A stretch of DNA of 64,000 nucleotides. Source: Eledone cirrhosa. Taxonomy: Eukaryota. Where the stretch lies: the NCBI GenBank assembly GCA_964016885.1, contig OZ024753.1, forward strand, positions 30,070,001 through 30,134,000. Direction: 5' to 3'. Below the pieces are notes generated by a model. That model was not told where the DNA came from. It was given only the letters and a program-made list of their open reading frames with translations, and searched no databases. How positions within the stretch are numbered: the stretch's first letter is position 1; every line of letters starts with the position of its first letter. The position numbers and the translations under genes were made by a program. Shown here piece after piece: positions 55,101 through 64,000 of the stretch.

Positions 55101-58100
55101 AAATAAGGGGTTGGCATCTCATCCAACCCATGTCAGCCTAGAAAAACAAAACAAAAATACTAATGTAAAGATAATACGCACGCACGAAGCTAAATTTACA
55201 GTTAAAGATTTGCCATAAATATTTTATTTTTTATTTTTTACAGGTAAGAGAATTATTAGATGGACATTATAATCATGAAATAAACACTTACTCCATAATA
55301 GATTGTCGCTATCCTTATGAATACCAAGGTGGACATATTGTGGTAAGTTTTTACCTTTCAAGATTTATCAGGTCATACCATAACTGTTGTTTTTTACATT
55401 GTACTTTTTAAAAGATGTTCCAGCATGTCTAAACGAGCTTTTTCCGCAACTGTATAATAAATCCTGCAAAAAAAAAAGTTTCAATCGGATAGTTTTGGGC
55501 TTGCAAACACATATGTTTTAATTTGTTGCTTTATCCCTTTACCATTTACATTACTCTATATTTACTATTGTATTTTCAAGGTAAAGGCTTTACATCACAT
55601 AATTATCTCATATAATATCGAATCTGAGATTTTGATATTATTTATTTTGAGAACAATACCTTAACATTGGTATGAGTGGCCGGTTACAGCTGGTTTGAAC
55701 AAGAAGAGGTGAGATAATTCTGGCCGGATATGGCCAGTTTAAATGCTAAAGGGTTAATAATCCTTCATGAAAATGGAAGTCACAGAAAAGCTTGAGACAT
55801 GGCAGGTTTTATGAATTCAAATAGAGCCGCTCAAAGGTGGCATGAAGAAACTGAAGCTCAAACAACTCAAAGGCTATGTGAACAGAGCCAGACAGATTTA
55901 CAATTTTAAAAGGTTGCTCATTGGAACTCTGCTGCTTTTAGTTATAATCCACATCCAGACTTTGCCTCAGGGCCTTTAATTCGAATTTCCTTAATGAACA
56001 AAATTTGTCAAAACTGGTGCTAAAAGATGGAATGGTGAGTGAACTGGATTCTGATATTTAAATAGAAAGATTAAGTTTAGACTGTTACCTGAGCCACCAG
56101 AACCCTTGAGGGGACTGCTGGTTGGTACAACTACTGAATCAAGACACTTTCTTAAAAATATCTGGAAGTAAAATAATGCATTCCAAATTACATCATTTGG
56201 TGCAAATGTCATCCATTGTTGCTTTATGCCCTCTTAAGATTCAAGGGCAAGTGTACCATAGAATTGGAAGACTTAAGCCACTTTCAGAAGAACCAAAATA
56301 TTTACAACTGTATTTCGTCAGTAATATGAAAACCAAATCACAGACAAGATATGAAAAGAATCATGAAATCATTTTGTAACTCCACGATATGTTATATACA
56401 AGAAACAGTTATATTTAGAAGTTTCAAATATACCCTGGGAAAAACTTTTGAATGAAATTTCATTATTTTCTTTAACCTGGACAATGTTGGGTACTTCTGC
56501 TAGTGTGTGTGTGTGTGTATAAATATATATATATATTTCAGCTAGACGTGTTCAATCACCATCTTTTAAAACAAGATTAAATTACACAACGGTGCCAGCA
56601 TCAAGTTTTTCTAGAGATAACATGAATAGACTTGTTTTTTCTCTAAGGAATTTTTCATTTCGGCCACTGCTCACTCTCTTTCTACTTCATTAATTTCTCA
56701 TTCTATTTTCTGATGAAGGACTAGCGTCTGAAACGTTAAGACACTTTTCCTGTTATAGCAAGTGTAAAACTAATAATATTTCTTCATTTACTGTTTCGTT
56801 TGCTTTATTTCTGTGCATATATATATGCACGCGCACATATATAAAATTGTAAACTAGAACAATATTGTTTTTATTTGCTTTTTTTTTTTTAATTAGCAAG
56901 AATTCTGTTTGTTGTTCAATATTTAATTAAAGATTGAAATCATTATTTCAGGATGCTGAAAATCTTTATGACAAAGATAGCATTTATAAAAAATTTTTAG
57001 CAAATCCTCCGAGAGATAATTTTGGAAAAAGAGATATTGTAGTTTTTCACTGCGAATTTTCGTCGGAAAGAGCACCAAAGTTGTAAGTATTTTTATAGTT
57101 TTCATTTAAAAATTTTTTTTCAAAGAGCTGATACTCTTTTTATTATAGATGAGTGTGTGTAGAGAGAGGAGAGGGTAGTATGCAGGTTCTCTACTTCCTT
57201 GATCCTTTAGCGTTTATATTACTCTATATTTGCTATTTCATTTTCATGGCAAAGGTTTTATCTCACATAATATCGAATCTGAGAGATTTTGATATTTATT
57301 TTGAGAACAATACCTTAATGTTAGTATGAACAGCTGGTTTGAACAGAAAGAGGTAAGAGAATTCTGGCTGGATATGGCCGGTTTAAATGGTAAAGGGTTA
57401 AACATTTATTTCCATCATTCCTCTAATTCCATTTCTCTTCACAACATTCATCACCAACTTTATTACTACCATCCTCTGTAATTCGTTGTCTTTATCTCTC
57501 TCAGCAATATTCTTCTATTGTACCAGACCATTCTTATTTCCATTCTTCCCGGCTTTCTGTACATCCACGTTTATCACCTCCCATGTCTCGTTCCCATAAA
57601 TCATGGCATTTCTCACACATACAGCATACATCTTTCCCCTCGGTTTCAGTGTCACTCTTGTCCTCATAAGCACACCCGTCATTATAATGATGTAGATGTT
57701 TCAGTATCGGTAGAGCGTCGGACAACATGCTTTGCAGCATAGTTACGGCCCTTTATGATCTGAGTTCAAATCCCGTCGAGGTTAACTTTGCCTTTCATCC
57801 TCACGGGGTCGATAAAATAAAGTAGTCACACACTGGGGTCGATTTAATTGACTTCCTCCTCCTCCAAAATTACTGGCCTTCTGCCTATATAAGAAACCAA
57901 TATTTGTTTGTATACCAACCTTTTTCATAAATTGTCACTTCTATAATTTCAGAGCAAGATTTTTAAGAAACAATGATCGGAGTGCCAATGCAAACCGTTA
58001 TCCATTTCTGTATTACCCAGAAATTTACATTCTTGATGGTGGTTATAAAGCTTTTTATGAACGATGTGTGGTAAGTGTTTTAAATATTTTTTATGTAAGC

Positions 58101-58796
58101 ATAAGGCATAGGTAGTGAATTGGCTGATTTGTTAGACCGTTGAATTACATGCCTTGGTATTGTTCCAGTGCTTTGGGTTTAAATTTCGTTAGTGTGGCTT
58201 GTCTTCCTTTTGGAGGTCAATTGCGTACCAGTCCAGGGGTGGCGAATTAATGGGAATTGTTGGAATGGTTGCTTTGCAGTATTTGTTTTGGCTGTGTGCA
58301 CGCCAAGTTCCAATCCTGCTTCCTGACACTGGAACAGCGGTAATGATTCTGCCAAAAGTTCTGATCAGCAATAGGACTAATAAAAAGTTTTCCTTTATCC
58401 AAGCTGATGATTGCCTCCTTTTGTTCTTTATGTAAGCAATTTATTTCTCTAATGATAGGTTTTAAATGCTTAGGGTCTGTGCAGTAAACACAATCACCAC
58501 ATGTAGTTTATGTATAGTCCATAAGCAATCACCACATGTAGTTTATGTATAGGCCATAAGCAATCACATGTAACTTATATATAGGCCCTATTCACTTAGC
58601 ACATGTAGTTTTTTATGTTGCTATGTTAACAGTAGTGATTCATATTAAATTATTTATTGTTGCCTTACAGGAGTTTTGTGAACCAAAAACTTACAAACCT
58701 ATGTTACACAGTGACCATTCGCATGAGTTGAAACATTTCCGAGGAAAATCGAAGTCTTGGGCAGGAGAAAGGACTCAACGTCACTTAAACTTTTAA
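36757..58796 (+). CDS. CDC25: M-phase inducer phosphatase Cdc25/string (15 exons, ~505 aa)
   Basis: Exons 36757-36878, 42132-42190, 43003-43054, 46763-46787, 47525-47665, 48713-48844, 48995-49105, 49383-49484, 51088-51219, 51488-51592, 52468-52530, 55244-55342, 56952-57082, 57953-58070, 58671-58796; 1518 nt in one frame. Motifs [53 protein letters not shown]. Confidence 0.95.
38570..38717 (+). mobile_element. SINE B, 5'-truncated
   Basis: Core plus ggccttgtgcctaaagtagaaac tail. Confidence 0.75.
40860..41003 (+). mobile_element. SINE B, 5'-truncated
   Basis: Box B, core and tail. Confidence 0.8.
41422..41700 (+). mobile_element. SINE C-like head interrupted by a ~100-bp insert
   Basis: gaaggcgcgtg|insert|gcttag...gagttcgattcccggaccggg. 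Confidence 0.6.
42132..42190 (+). CDS. CDC25: Cdc25 exon 2 ([19 protein letters not shown])
   Basis: tttcag| acceptor, G|gtgatt donor; phase 2-1. Confidence 0.72.
43003..43054 (+). CDS. CDC25: Cdc25 exon 3 ([16 protein letters not shown])
   Basis: tctcag| acceptor, AG|gtaagt donor; phase 1-2. Confidence 0.75.
43190..43389 (-). mobile_element. MITE family A
   Basis: TIRs, conserved body. Confidence 0.82.
44207..45002. mobile_element. Cluster: SINE B (-) at 44207-44392, then MITE A from 44399 interrupted and followed by three SINE B (+) pieces
   Basis: Repeated gcctttcatccttacggggtcgataaaataaagtacc cores; 16-bp TSD attatttattttgagg at 44493 and 44686. Confidence 0.8.
45503..46088 (-). mobile_element. 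MITE A containing SINE C (-) and an 86-bp inverted duplication
   Basis: MITE termini; SINE head at 45770-45873 on the minus strand; arms 45540-45625 and 45875-45960. Confidence 0.8.
46292..46568 (-). mobile_element. MITE A with an inserted SINE B 3' fragment
   Basis: TIRs plus TTAA; aaagtaccagtaatgcactgggtaattgctggccttgtgcc at ~46404-46460. Confidence 0.8.
46763..46787 (+). CDS. CDC25: Cdc25 exon 4, 25-nt microexon (TNEKNSCF)
   Basis: tttcag| acceptor, TTT|gtaagt donor; supplies the needed phase 2 to 0 change. Confidence 0.62.
46921..47116 (-). mobile_element. MITE family A
   Basis: TIRs plus TTAA. Confidence 0.85.
47525..47665 (+). CDS. CDC25: Cdc25 exon 5 (contains DSGFG)
   Basis: aaag| acceptor, AAG|gttagt donor; within ORF 47492..47707. 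Confidence 0.82.
48713..48844 (+). CDS. CDC25: Cdc25 exon 6 (FQFVPP...RSMSAP)
   Basis: ggtag| acceptor, GAG|gtatat donor; 132 nt. Confidence 0.85.
48995..49105 (+). CDS. CDC25: Cdc25 exon 7 (contains DDGFSD)
   Basis: ttgcag| acceptor, GAG|gtaatg donor; 111 nt. Confidence 0.86.
49383..49484 (+). CDS. CDC25: Cdc25 exon 8 ([10 protein letters not shown])
   Basis: ttacag| acceptor, ACA|gtaagt donor; resembles CDC25A MASLWTAPL. Confidence 0.86.
50106..50195 (-). ncRNA. Type I hammerhead-like motif with extended stem I (probably inactive)
   Basis: CUGAUGA-GAGU/GCUC-GAAA core; outer 10-bp stem UUCCAGCAGA/UCUGCUGGAA. Confidence 0.6.
50820..51020 (-). mobile_element. MITE family A
   Basis: TIRs plus TTAA. 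Confidence 0.83.
51088..51219 (+). CDS. CDC25: Cdc25 exon 9 (bipartite NLS KR...KRRK)
   Basis: attag| acceptor, AAG|gtaaat donor; 132 nt. Confidence 0.86.
51488..51592 (+). CDS. CDC25: Cdc25 exon 10 (RSHS...LIGDASK)
   Basis: ttgcag| acceptor, AAG|gtaagt donor; conserved LIGD. Confidence 0.92.
51951..52390. repeat. 48-bp minisatellite, ~9 units, SINE C-derived
   Basis: ttacagtgtgggctgggcgctttttgtcatgacacctacacaaccatt repeated. Confidence 0.93.
52468..52530 (+). CDS. CDC25: Cdc25 exon 11 ([16 protein letters not shown])
   Basis: tttag| acceptor, ACT|gtatgt donor; GKHxDLK motif. Confidence 0.93.
52690..53240. repeat. 20-21-bp minisatellite, ~27 units
   Basis: ccagttctacattaccaccc(t) repeated. 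Confidence 0.95.
53297..53423 (+). mobile_element. MITE family A, truncated at SINE C
   Basis: Left TIR and body, then the SINE head. Confidence 0.8.
53425..53863 (+). mobile_element. SINE C with a duplicated internal unit and a variant tail
   Basis: Same head and body; internal ~48-bp unit twice; cccgtctaacccatgctag...(GAT)n tail. Confidence 0.85.
53925..54123 (+). mobile_element. MITE family A
   Basis: TIRs plus TTAA. Confidence 0.85.
55244..55342 (+). CDS. CDC25: Cdc25 exon 12 ([15 protein letters not shown])
   Basis: ttacag| acceptor, GTG|gtaagt donor; rhodanese CH2A motif. Confidence 0.96.
55531..55757 (-). mobile_element. MITE family A
   Basis: TIRs, conserved body. Confidence 0.85.
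55780..56440 (+). pseudogene. Decayed Helitron Rep/helicase N-terminal fragment
   Basis: Frameshifted/stopped [12 protein letters not shown]...[21 protein letters not shown], then [27 protein letters not shown], a Helitron-like signature. Confidence 0.8.
56706..56741 (+). ncRNA. Minimal hammerhead-like motif (Penelope-type)
   Basis: UUUU-CUGAUGA-A-GGAC/GUCU-GAAA-CGUU-AAGA. Confidence 0.55.
56952..57082 (+). CDS. CDC25: Cdc25 exon 13 (catalytic HCEFSSER)
   Basis: tttcag| acceptor, TT|gtaagt donor; HCX5R active site. Confidence 0.97.
57199..57401 (-). mobile_element. MITE family A
   Basis: TIRs, conserved body. Confidence 0.83.
57702..57902 (+). mobile_element. SINE B
   Basis: Head, box B, core and tail. 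Confidence 0.82.
57953..58070 (+). CDS. CDC25: Cdc25 exon 14 ([14 protein letters not shown])
   Basis: tttcag| acceptor, GTG|gtaagt donor; CH2B motif. Confidence 0.96.
58491..58610. repeat. ~35-bp tandem repeat x3-4
   Basis: caatcaccacatgtagtttatgtataggccataag variants. Confidence 0.8.
58671..58796 (+). CDS. CDC25: Cdc25 exon 15 (CEPKTYKPM...KSKSWAGE...*)
   Basis: ttacag| acceptor; TAA at 58794-58796. Confidence 0.95.
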   Translation, partial: EFCEPKTYKPMLHSDHSHELKHFRGKSKSWAGERTQRHLNF

Positions 58797-59526
58797 ATAT
58801 TATTGATCACTAAATATTATTGTGTGTGTGCGTGTGTATGTGTCTTTTGTTGAAAGATATAAAACGACATTGAAAAAAGTATTGCTGAGTCATTATTGCA
58901 TCAGTCCTGTGTGGAATGTTAGTGTTTTATTAAGCAGTAATCATAAATATTCAATTAATTTCTTATGTTGTAATCTATTTTTAGTTAAATGTATATTCAA
59001 TGGGGGAAAAAAATAACCATCTATTGTATTTTTATTTTGTTTTTGCCTTATTAAAAGTAATTCAGATGGCAAAAAAAAAACCGAAGACAAAATACTTTCT
59101 TTACTAGAAATTTTTCTCTCTCTCTCTGTGCCTGCAGGCTGGCTGGAACCCAACTATTTTGTGATATCATGGATCACTGTTAGAGAAGTTGTGGGTTGTT
59201 TTTTTTTTTTATTCATCTCTTTCTAGAATCATATGTATAACAAATGTGATTCTCACTGACTATTTTCTAGTTATATTTACAAAATTTTCATCTAATAAAA
59301 TAATGTAGCCATACGTTTTTTTGATAGCATTTTCATTTATCATCTTTATATTTTTAATGTATATATATATATATATTTTAGTAAAAGCTACATTATATAA
59401 ATGAAATCAAAGGCTTTTCTAATAAAATTTCATATTCCTTATTTTCATTTTTGTTCTTGGAAGTTATTTAAAATACCCAAGATTAAGCTGTGTGTCCCTA
59501 CAACACTGTGACAACTCTATCAGGAG

Positions 59527-59745
59527 TTAACCCTTTAACATTTATATTACTCTATATTTGCTATTGTATTTTTGTGGTAAAGACTTTACCTCACATAATT
59601 ATCTCACCTAATATCGAACCTATGAGATTTTGATATTATTTATTTTGAGAACAATACCTTAACGTCAGTATGAGTGGCCGGTTTGAACAGAAAGAGGTGA
59701 AAGAATTCTGGCCGGATACAGCCGGTTTAAATGTTAAAGTGTTAA
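59527..59745 (-). mobile_element. MITE family A
   Basis: TIRs plus TTAA. Confidence 0.85.
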
Positions 59746-60611
59746 AATATTGTTGCTACATTGGCAATTATAGTCTTTCAAATGAGATGAAGTTTTGGTT
59801 TAAATTTAATCTGAAATTTTTAAAGTTAGATTAATTTAATATATTCTTTATTTGAAAATGAAATTTATTCAACTAATATATACGATTAAAAGAAAAATAA
59901 CAGATCCACTTTATCTTGCAAACTTTTAGGCCATCTATAAATTTTCAATATATCTATGTATAAATCTTCAAAATACGAGAATCTTTAATTTAAATTGTTA
60001 ATTTCTCTATTAGATTCATGGGGTTTATGAAAAAAAAATCTTCAAAATTGCATTTTTCTGGCATTAAATCATTTCAATTAAGATGCATATTTCTCAATAA
60101 AATTGTATACTTTCCAGAGTATTATCTCTAAATGTACTTTGTGAGTGAATAATTTTCTATAATTAAATAAGAGATTTTAACTTCACACTAAATTATTTTT
60201 GATAAAATTTAACTTTTTTTTTTAATATTTGACAAGGCTTTTCTCTAAGATGGTGTAATTATATCTTGGAGTTAAATACTGCTTAGGATATTTTGAAACT
60301 GTTAAAAATACATTATTCATCATGTAAAGAAACAATTTTTCTTAGGAATTTTTTAAACCAGCCAGCCAGCCAGTCATGCACTCTCTCAAGTGATTTGTCA
60401 ACTTTTAAGTCTGATTTTGATACTATGTTTTATGGATTTCCTTTCAGCACCATTTCCATTCATTAATTTATGAAGTGTAATGAACTGATGTACATAAATT
60501 GTGTAAATATGAAAAAAAAAATGTATTTGAACTCAGAATATTCTTACTTTATTAGGCCACTGATGCTTTTAACTCATCTAGGACATTCTCAGAGTTGAGT
60601 TGTTTTTTTCT

Positions 60612-60975
60612 GGATGGATATTTGGTCAGTGGTGTATGGTCTGTTGACAGATGTATGGTCAGTGGTGTCTGATCTGTTGACTGGTATTTGGTCAGCGATC
60701 TGTTGACAGATGTATGGTTAGTGGTGTGTGGTATGTTGACTGATATATGGTCAGTGATGTATGGTCAGAGGTGTATGGTCTGTTGACAGATGTATGGTCA
60801 GTGGTGTCTGATCTGTTGACTGGTATTTGGTCAGCGATCTGTTGACAGATGTATGGTTAGTGGTGTGTGGTATGTTGACTGATATATGGTCAGTGATGCA
60901 TGGTCTGTTGACTGATGTATGGTCAGTGGTGTCTGGTCTGTTGACAGATGTATGGTCAGTGGTGTATGATCTGTT
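60612..60975. repeat. ~33-bp minisatellite with higher-order duplication
   Basis: tggtcagtggtgtatggtctgttgacagatgta variants. Confidence 0.9.
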
Positions 60976-61775
60976 TGTGTTATGATAGGACATGAGGCCC
61001 CTCTATCATTAAAAAACTCCAAAACCTTTTGAGATGCAGCCTCATAGGAGACCAGTTAAACCCTAATTAGGTATGAGCTACGTGTGTATGGTAGGATATG
61101 GTGCCTGCTCTCTGTCATAAAATTCCCAAGAAACGACCAGTAAGCCACGACATAGACTCAGACTGTTGTGACTTGTGCTATAAAATTATTTAATACCTAC
61201 CTGATATTTCTTGATTACACTCAGGTATCATGGTTGATCAGTCTTATTAGCTTTTCACTTGAGAAACCCACAATACCTACTGCCAACTAGCTAGTAAACT
61301 GACCCCATTCCCTTCCATAATACAAAGAAACAAATACAAAATTTGCATGAAATTTAAAATTAATATACACTTGTGAGATGGTTCATTAACTCCTTTAATT
61401 TGTCTTTTTTGTAATGAAACCAAAATTCTTCTTAATTGATATTTGTGTTGTTTCTTTGTTATTGCACCTCTACAAAATATGTTCAATTGAGAAAAACTAA
61501 ACAAAATTGAAATTTGTGTAATCTTGTGACAATTATAGTTATAAATTAATAAGCATGTGTGACAGGTGGCTACACTAATGGTTGATTGTGGTTTTTTTTA
61601 GCCTTTTGAGGAAGAAAACTTGTTTCCTTGTGACAAAATTGTTGCAATTTTGTAATAAACCTGTGCAAAACTTTGTTGTGGTTTTTTTTTATTTTAATTT
61701 TTCCTTTTATGTAAACTGTTGAAATGCTGGAAAAGTATAAGTTTATTGCATGGTCTTAAAAGTTATAATCTGAAC

Positions 61776-61919
61776 CAGGGCTTCCCAAACTTTTTGATTC
61801 AGAAACTTTTGGAGAACCCCAAAGCCTAATACTGCTATATGGTTGTAATATAAATATACTCTATCTTTTTTCATGGAACCCTGGACACCTTTTTGCAGAA
61901 GCCACTTTGGGAACCACTA
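61776..61919. mobile_element. hAT-type MITE
   Basis: CAGGGCTTCCCAAA...TTTGGGAACCACTA ends; 8-bp TSD atctgaac/gtctgaac. Confidence 0.75.
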
Positions 61920-62390
61920 GTCTGAACTATAATTCAGCTGCAATATTCCATTGGGGTTTCAAAGTAGATCTGAGTCCAAAGTATGGGAGATTGTTTGTAG
62001 ATGTACAAGGAACAAAATAGGACAAAAGTTTTGTCTTAGTTTCTCAAGCTTTGGATATTACTATTCTATATATGCAAATTAGCACTTTCTAAATATTTGT
62101 CTGGTTTGTATCACTTAGTAAAAGGTGATATAGCACCAACAATTAGAATTTTCTTTGATTTAAGGATATAACCTGACATATACCACCCAGGCTGTGGTGC
62201 AGCCTGCTGCTCCTCTTTTCCTTTAATTATTCAATATATTTTCTTTCACATACAAACATGTTGTTTGAGATATATATATATATATGAATAAAGTTAATGT
62301 CTAAGGGTACAGGGTACCCCCAGAAATACATAGGTTGTCTATGATTCAAGGTGGTTCTATGGTAATAATTTGATATACCAGAACTTAATA

Positions 62391-63103
62391 TCAAGATAAG
62401 CAGAACAAGTAAAATTCAACCAATTTTTCAAAATAAATCAAAATTAATTTAAAATTAAAAAATATAATATAAATATTTACCTATTCAAATGGCCCTAACT
62501 GTACAGTTTCATGTTGCAAAACATTAGATATTAATGGAAAAACAAAGATCATCAGAGAAGCATTTTCCTTTCCTAGGGTTAAAAACCTCAGGAACGAAAA
62601 AATATATGACCTCGTCCCCAGCTAACACAGGTCTGAAAGGTCGTAAAAGTGACCCGTATGTACGCTGGTGTGAAGTGAAGACGGGAAATCAGACTTGTCT
62701 ATAGTCGCCACTAAAAAAATAGACATAAACTTTATATTCATTATTCTCCGTTATGGAGAGAACAAATCTGTCGTTCTATCTAGTTGCTATTTTTTTAGTG
62801 GCGACTATAGACAAGTCTGTGATTTCCCGCCTTCACTTCACACCGGCGTACATACGGGTCACTTTTACGACCTTTCAGACCTGTGTGAGCTGGGGACGGG
62901 GTCATATATTTTATCGTTCCTGAGGTTTTTAACCCTAGGAAAGGAAAATGCTTCTCTGATGATCTTTGTTTTTCCATTAATATCCATGTGATATCTAATG
63001 TTTTGCAAAGTGAAACTGTATAGTAAGGGCCATTTGAATAGGTAAATATTTATATTTTTATTTTGAAAAATTGGTTGAATTTTACTTGTTCTGCTTATCT
63101 TGA
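62391..63103. mobile_element. Foldback element with ~330-bp inverted arms
   Basis: 62391-62722 is the reverse complement of 62787-63103 with a few indels; TA on both flanks. Confidence 0.9.
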
Positions 63104-64000
63104 TACATACATACATTATATATATATATATATATATATTATGTATGTGTGTGTGTGTGTGTGTATATATGACACACCACAAACAGATATTAAAAAGTGT
63201 CATGCTTTATATGGAAATAAGTAAAGAAAGTGTGTGTCGGGTTTAAGCCCTTCTTCAGGAGTACAATATATATATATATATATATATGTGTGTAATAGGA
63301 ATGTAGATCGATACCATATTAAATGCATAGAAACCTTAACGATTATGCTTACCTTGTCCACAGAATTGCTCGATAACTTTTAAAAAATCAGAACAAACTC
63401 GTACTATATGTTCGCAGAACAATAGTACCCTAATAGAACATAAGTCGGATATATATATATTTATATGCGTGTGCGTAACAAGATATTGCATCCAGTAAAA
63501 ATAAACGGCAGCTAGTAAATCAGTTAAGGGAAAGACAACCCGTACATTTATACAGGTGGTTGTGATTATCTCCCTTGAAATGTTTCTCGGACATGAGATC
63601 CTTAATTTAATTTTGGTTATATATACTGCTCCGAAATAGTAGACAAAGGATTTGGCTGCCATTTCTAGCTGTCAATAATCTTATTCACGTCACTGGGTTG
63701 ACAGCGAGATGTGTATAGTTTAAAAAAAACGTTTTTCGTCATTTCCAGATTTGCTTTTAGTGTGTAATAACATAGTTAAATCTTCTTTGCCGATGATCTG
63801 GGATTTAACATGTGATTTGTCGATTAATGGTGAAATATATACAAAGGAGATTAATCATTATGACGAGGTTCTCGTTAATTTTTAATGTTACCAACGAAAC
63901 TGTGTTTACACTCTTCACAAATTATCCCCTGTAATTGTTTGTGTTTATTTTACATATATATGACTTCAACTTTGATAGGTTTCAGCCAGTATTGACCCAG

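Noticed and set aside
62695-63203. ORFs in the foldback element as a transposase
   Set aside because: Short, no DDE/D motifs, mirrored by the palindrome.

Overview
This is AT-rich, repeat-dense metazoan genomic DNA. Octopus (cephalopod) is inferred from composition and repeat families, not proven. The ORF track is mostly noise. Manual splicing gives three genes: (1) an RNF38/RNF44-family RING-H2 E3 ligase (+, 7 exons at 11271-16223, 5' end not found); (2) histone stem-loop-binding protein SLBP (-, 8 exons at 36002-28511, ~308 aa); (3) a Cdc25 phosphatase (+, 15 exons at 36757-58796, ~505 aa). SLBP and Cdc25 are head-to-head, with start codons ~750 bp apart across a CpG-rich region carrying E2F, YY1, NRF1, CCAAT and CHR-like motifs. 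Introns hold ~23 copies of a TTAA-flanked piggyBac-type MITE, two tRNA-derived SINE families, an RTE-LINE 3' end, a decayed Helitron fragment, minisatellites and several hammerhead-ribozyme-like motifs. A hAT MITE and a ~710-bp foldback element lie downstream of Cdc25. Coordinates were counted by eye; exon boundaries were checked for GT/AG and frame, and repeat boundaries are approximate.
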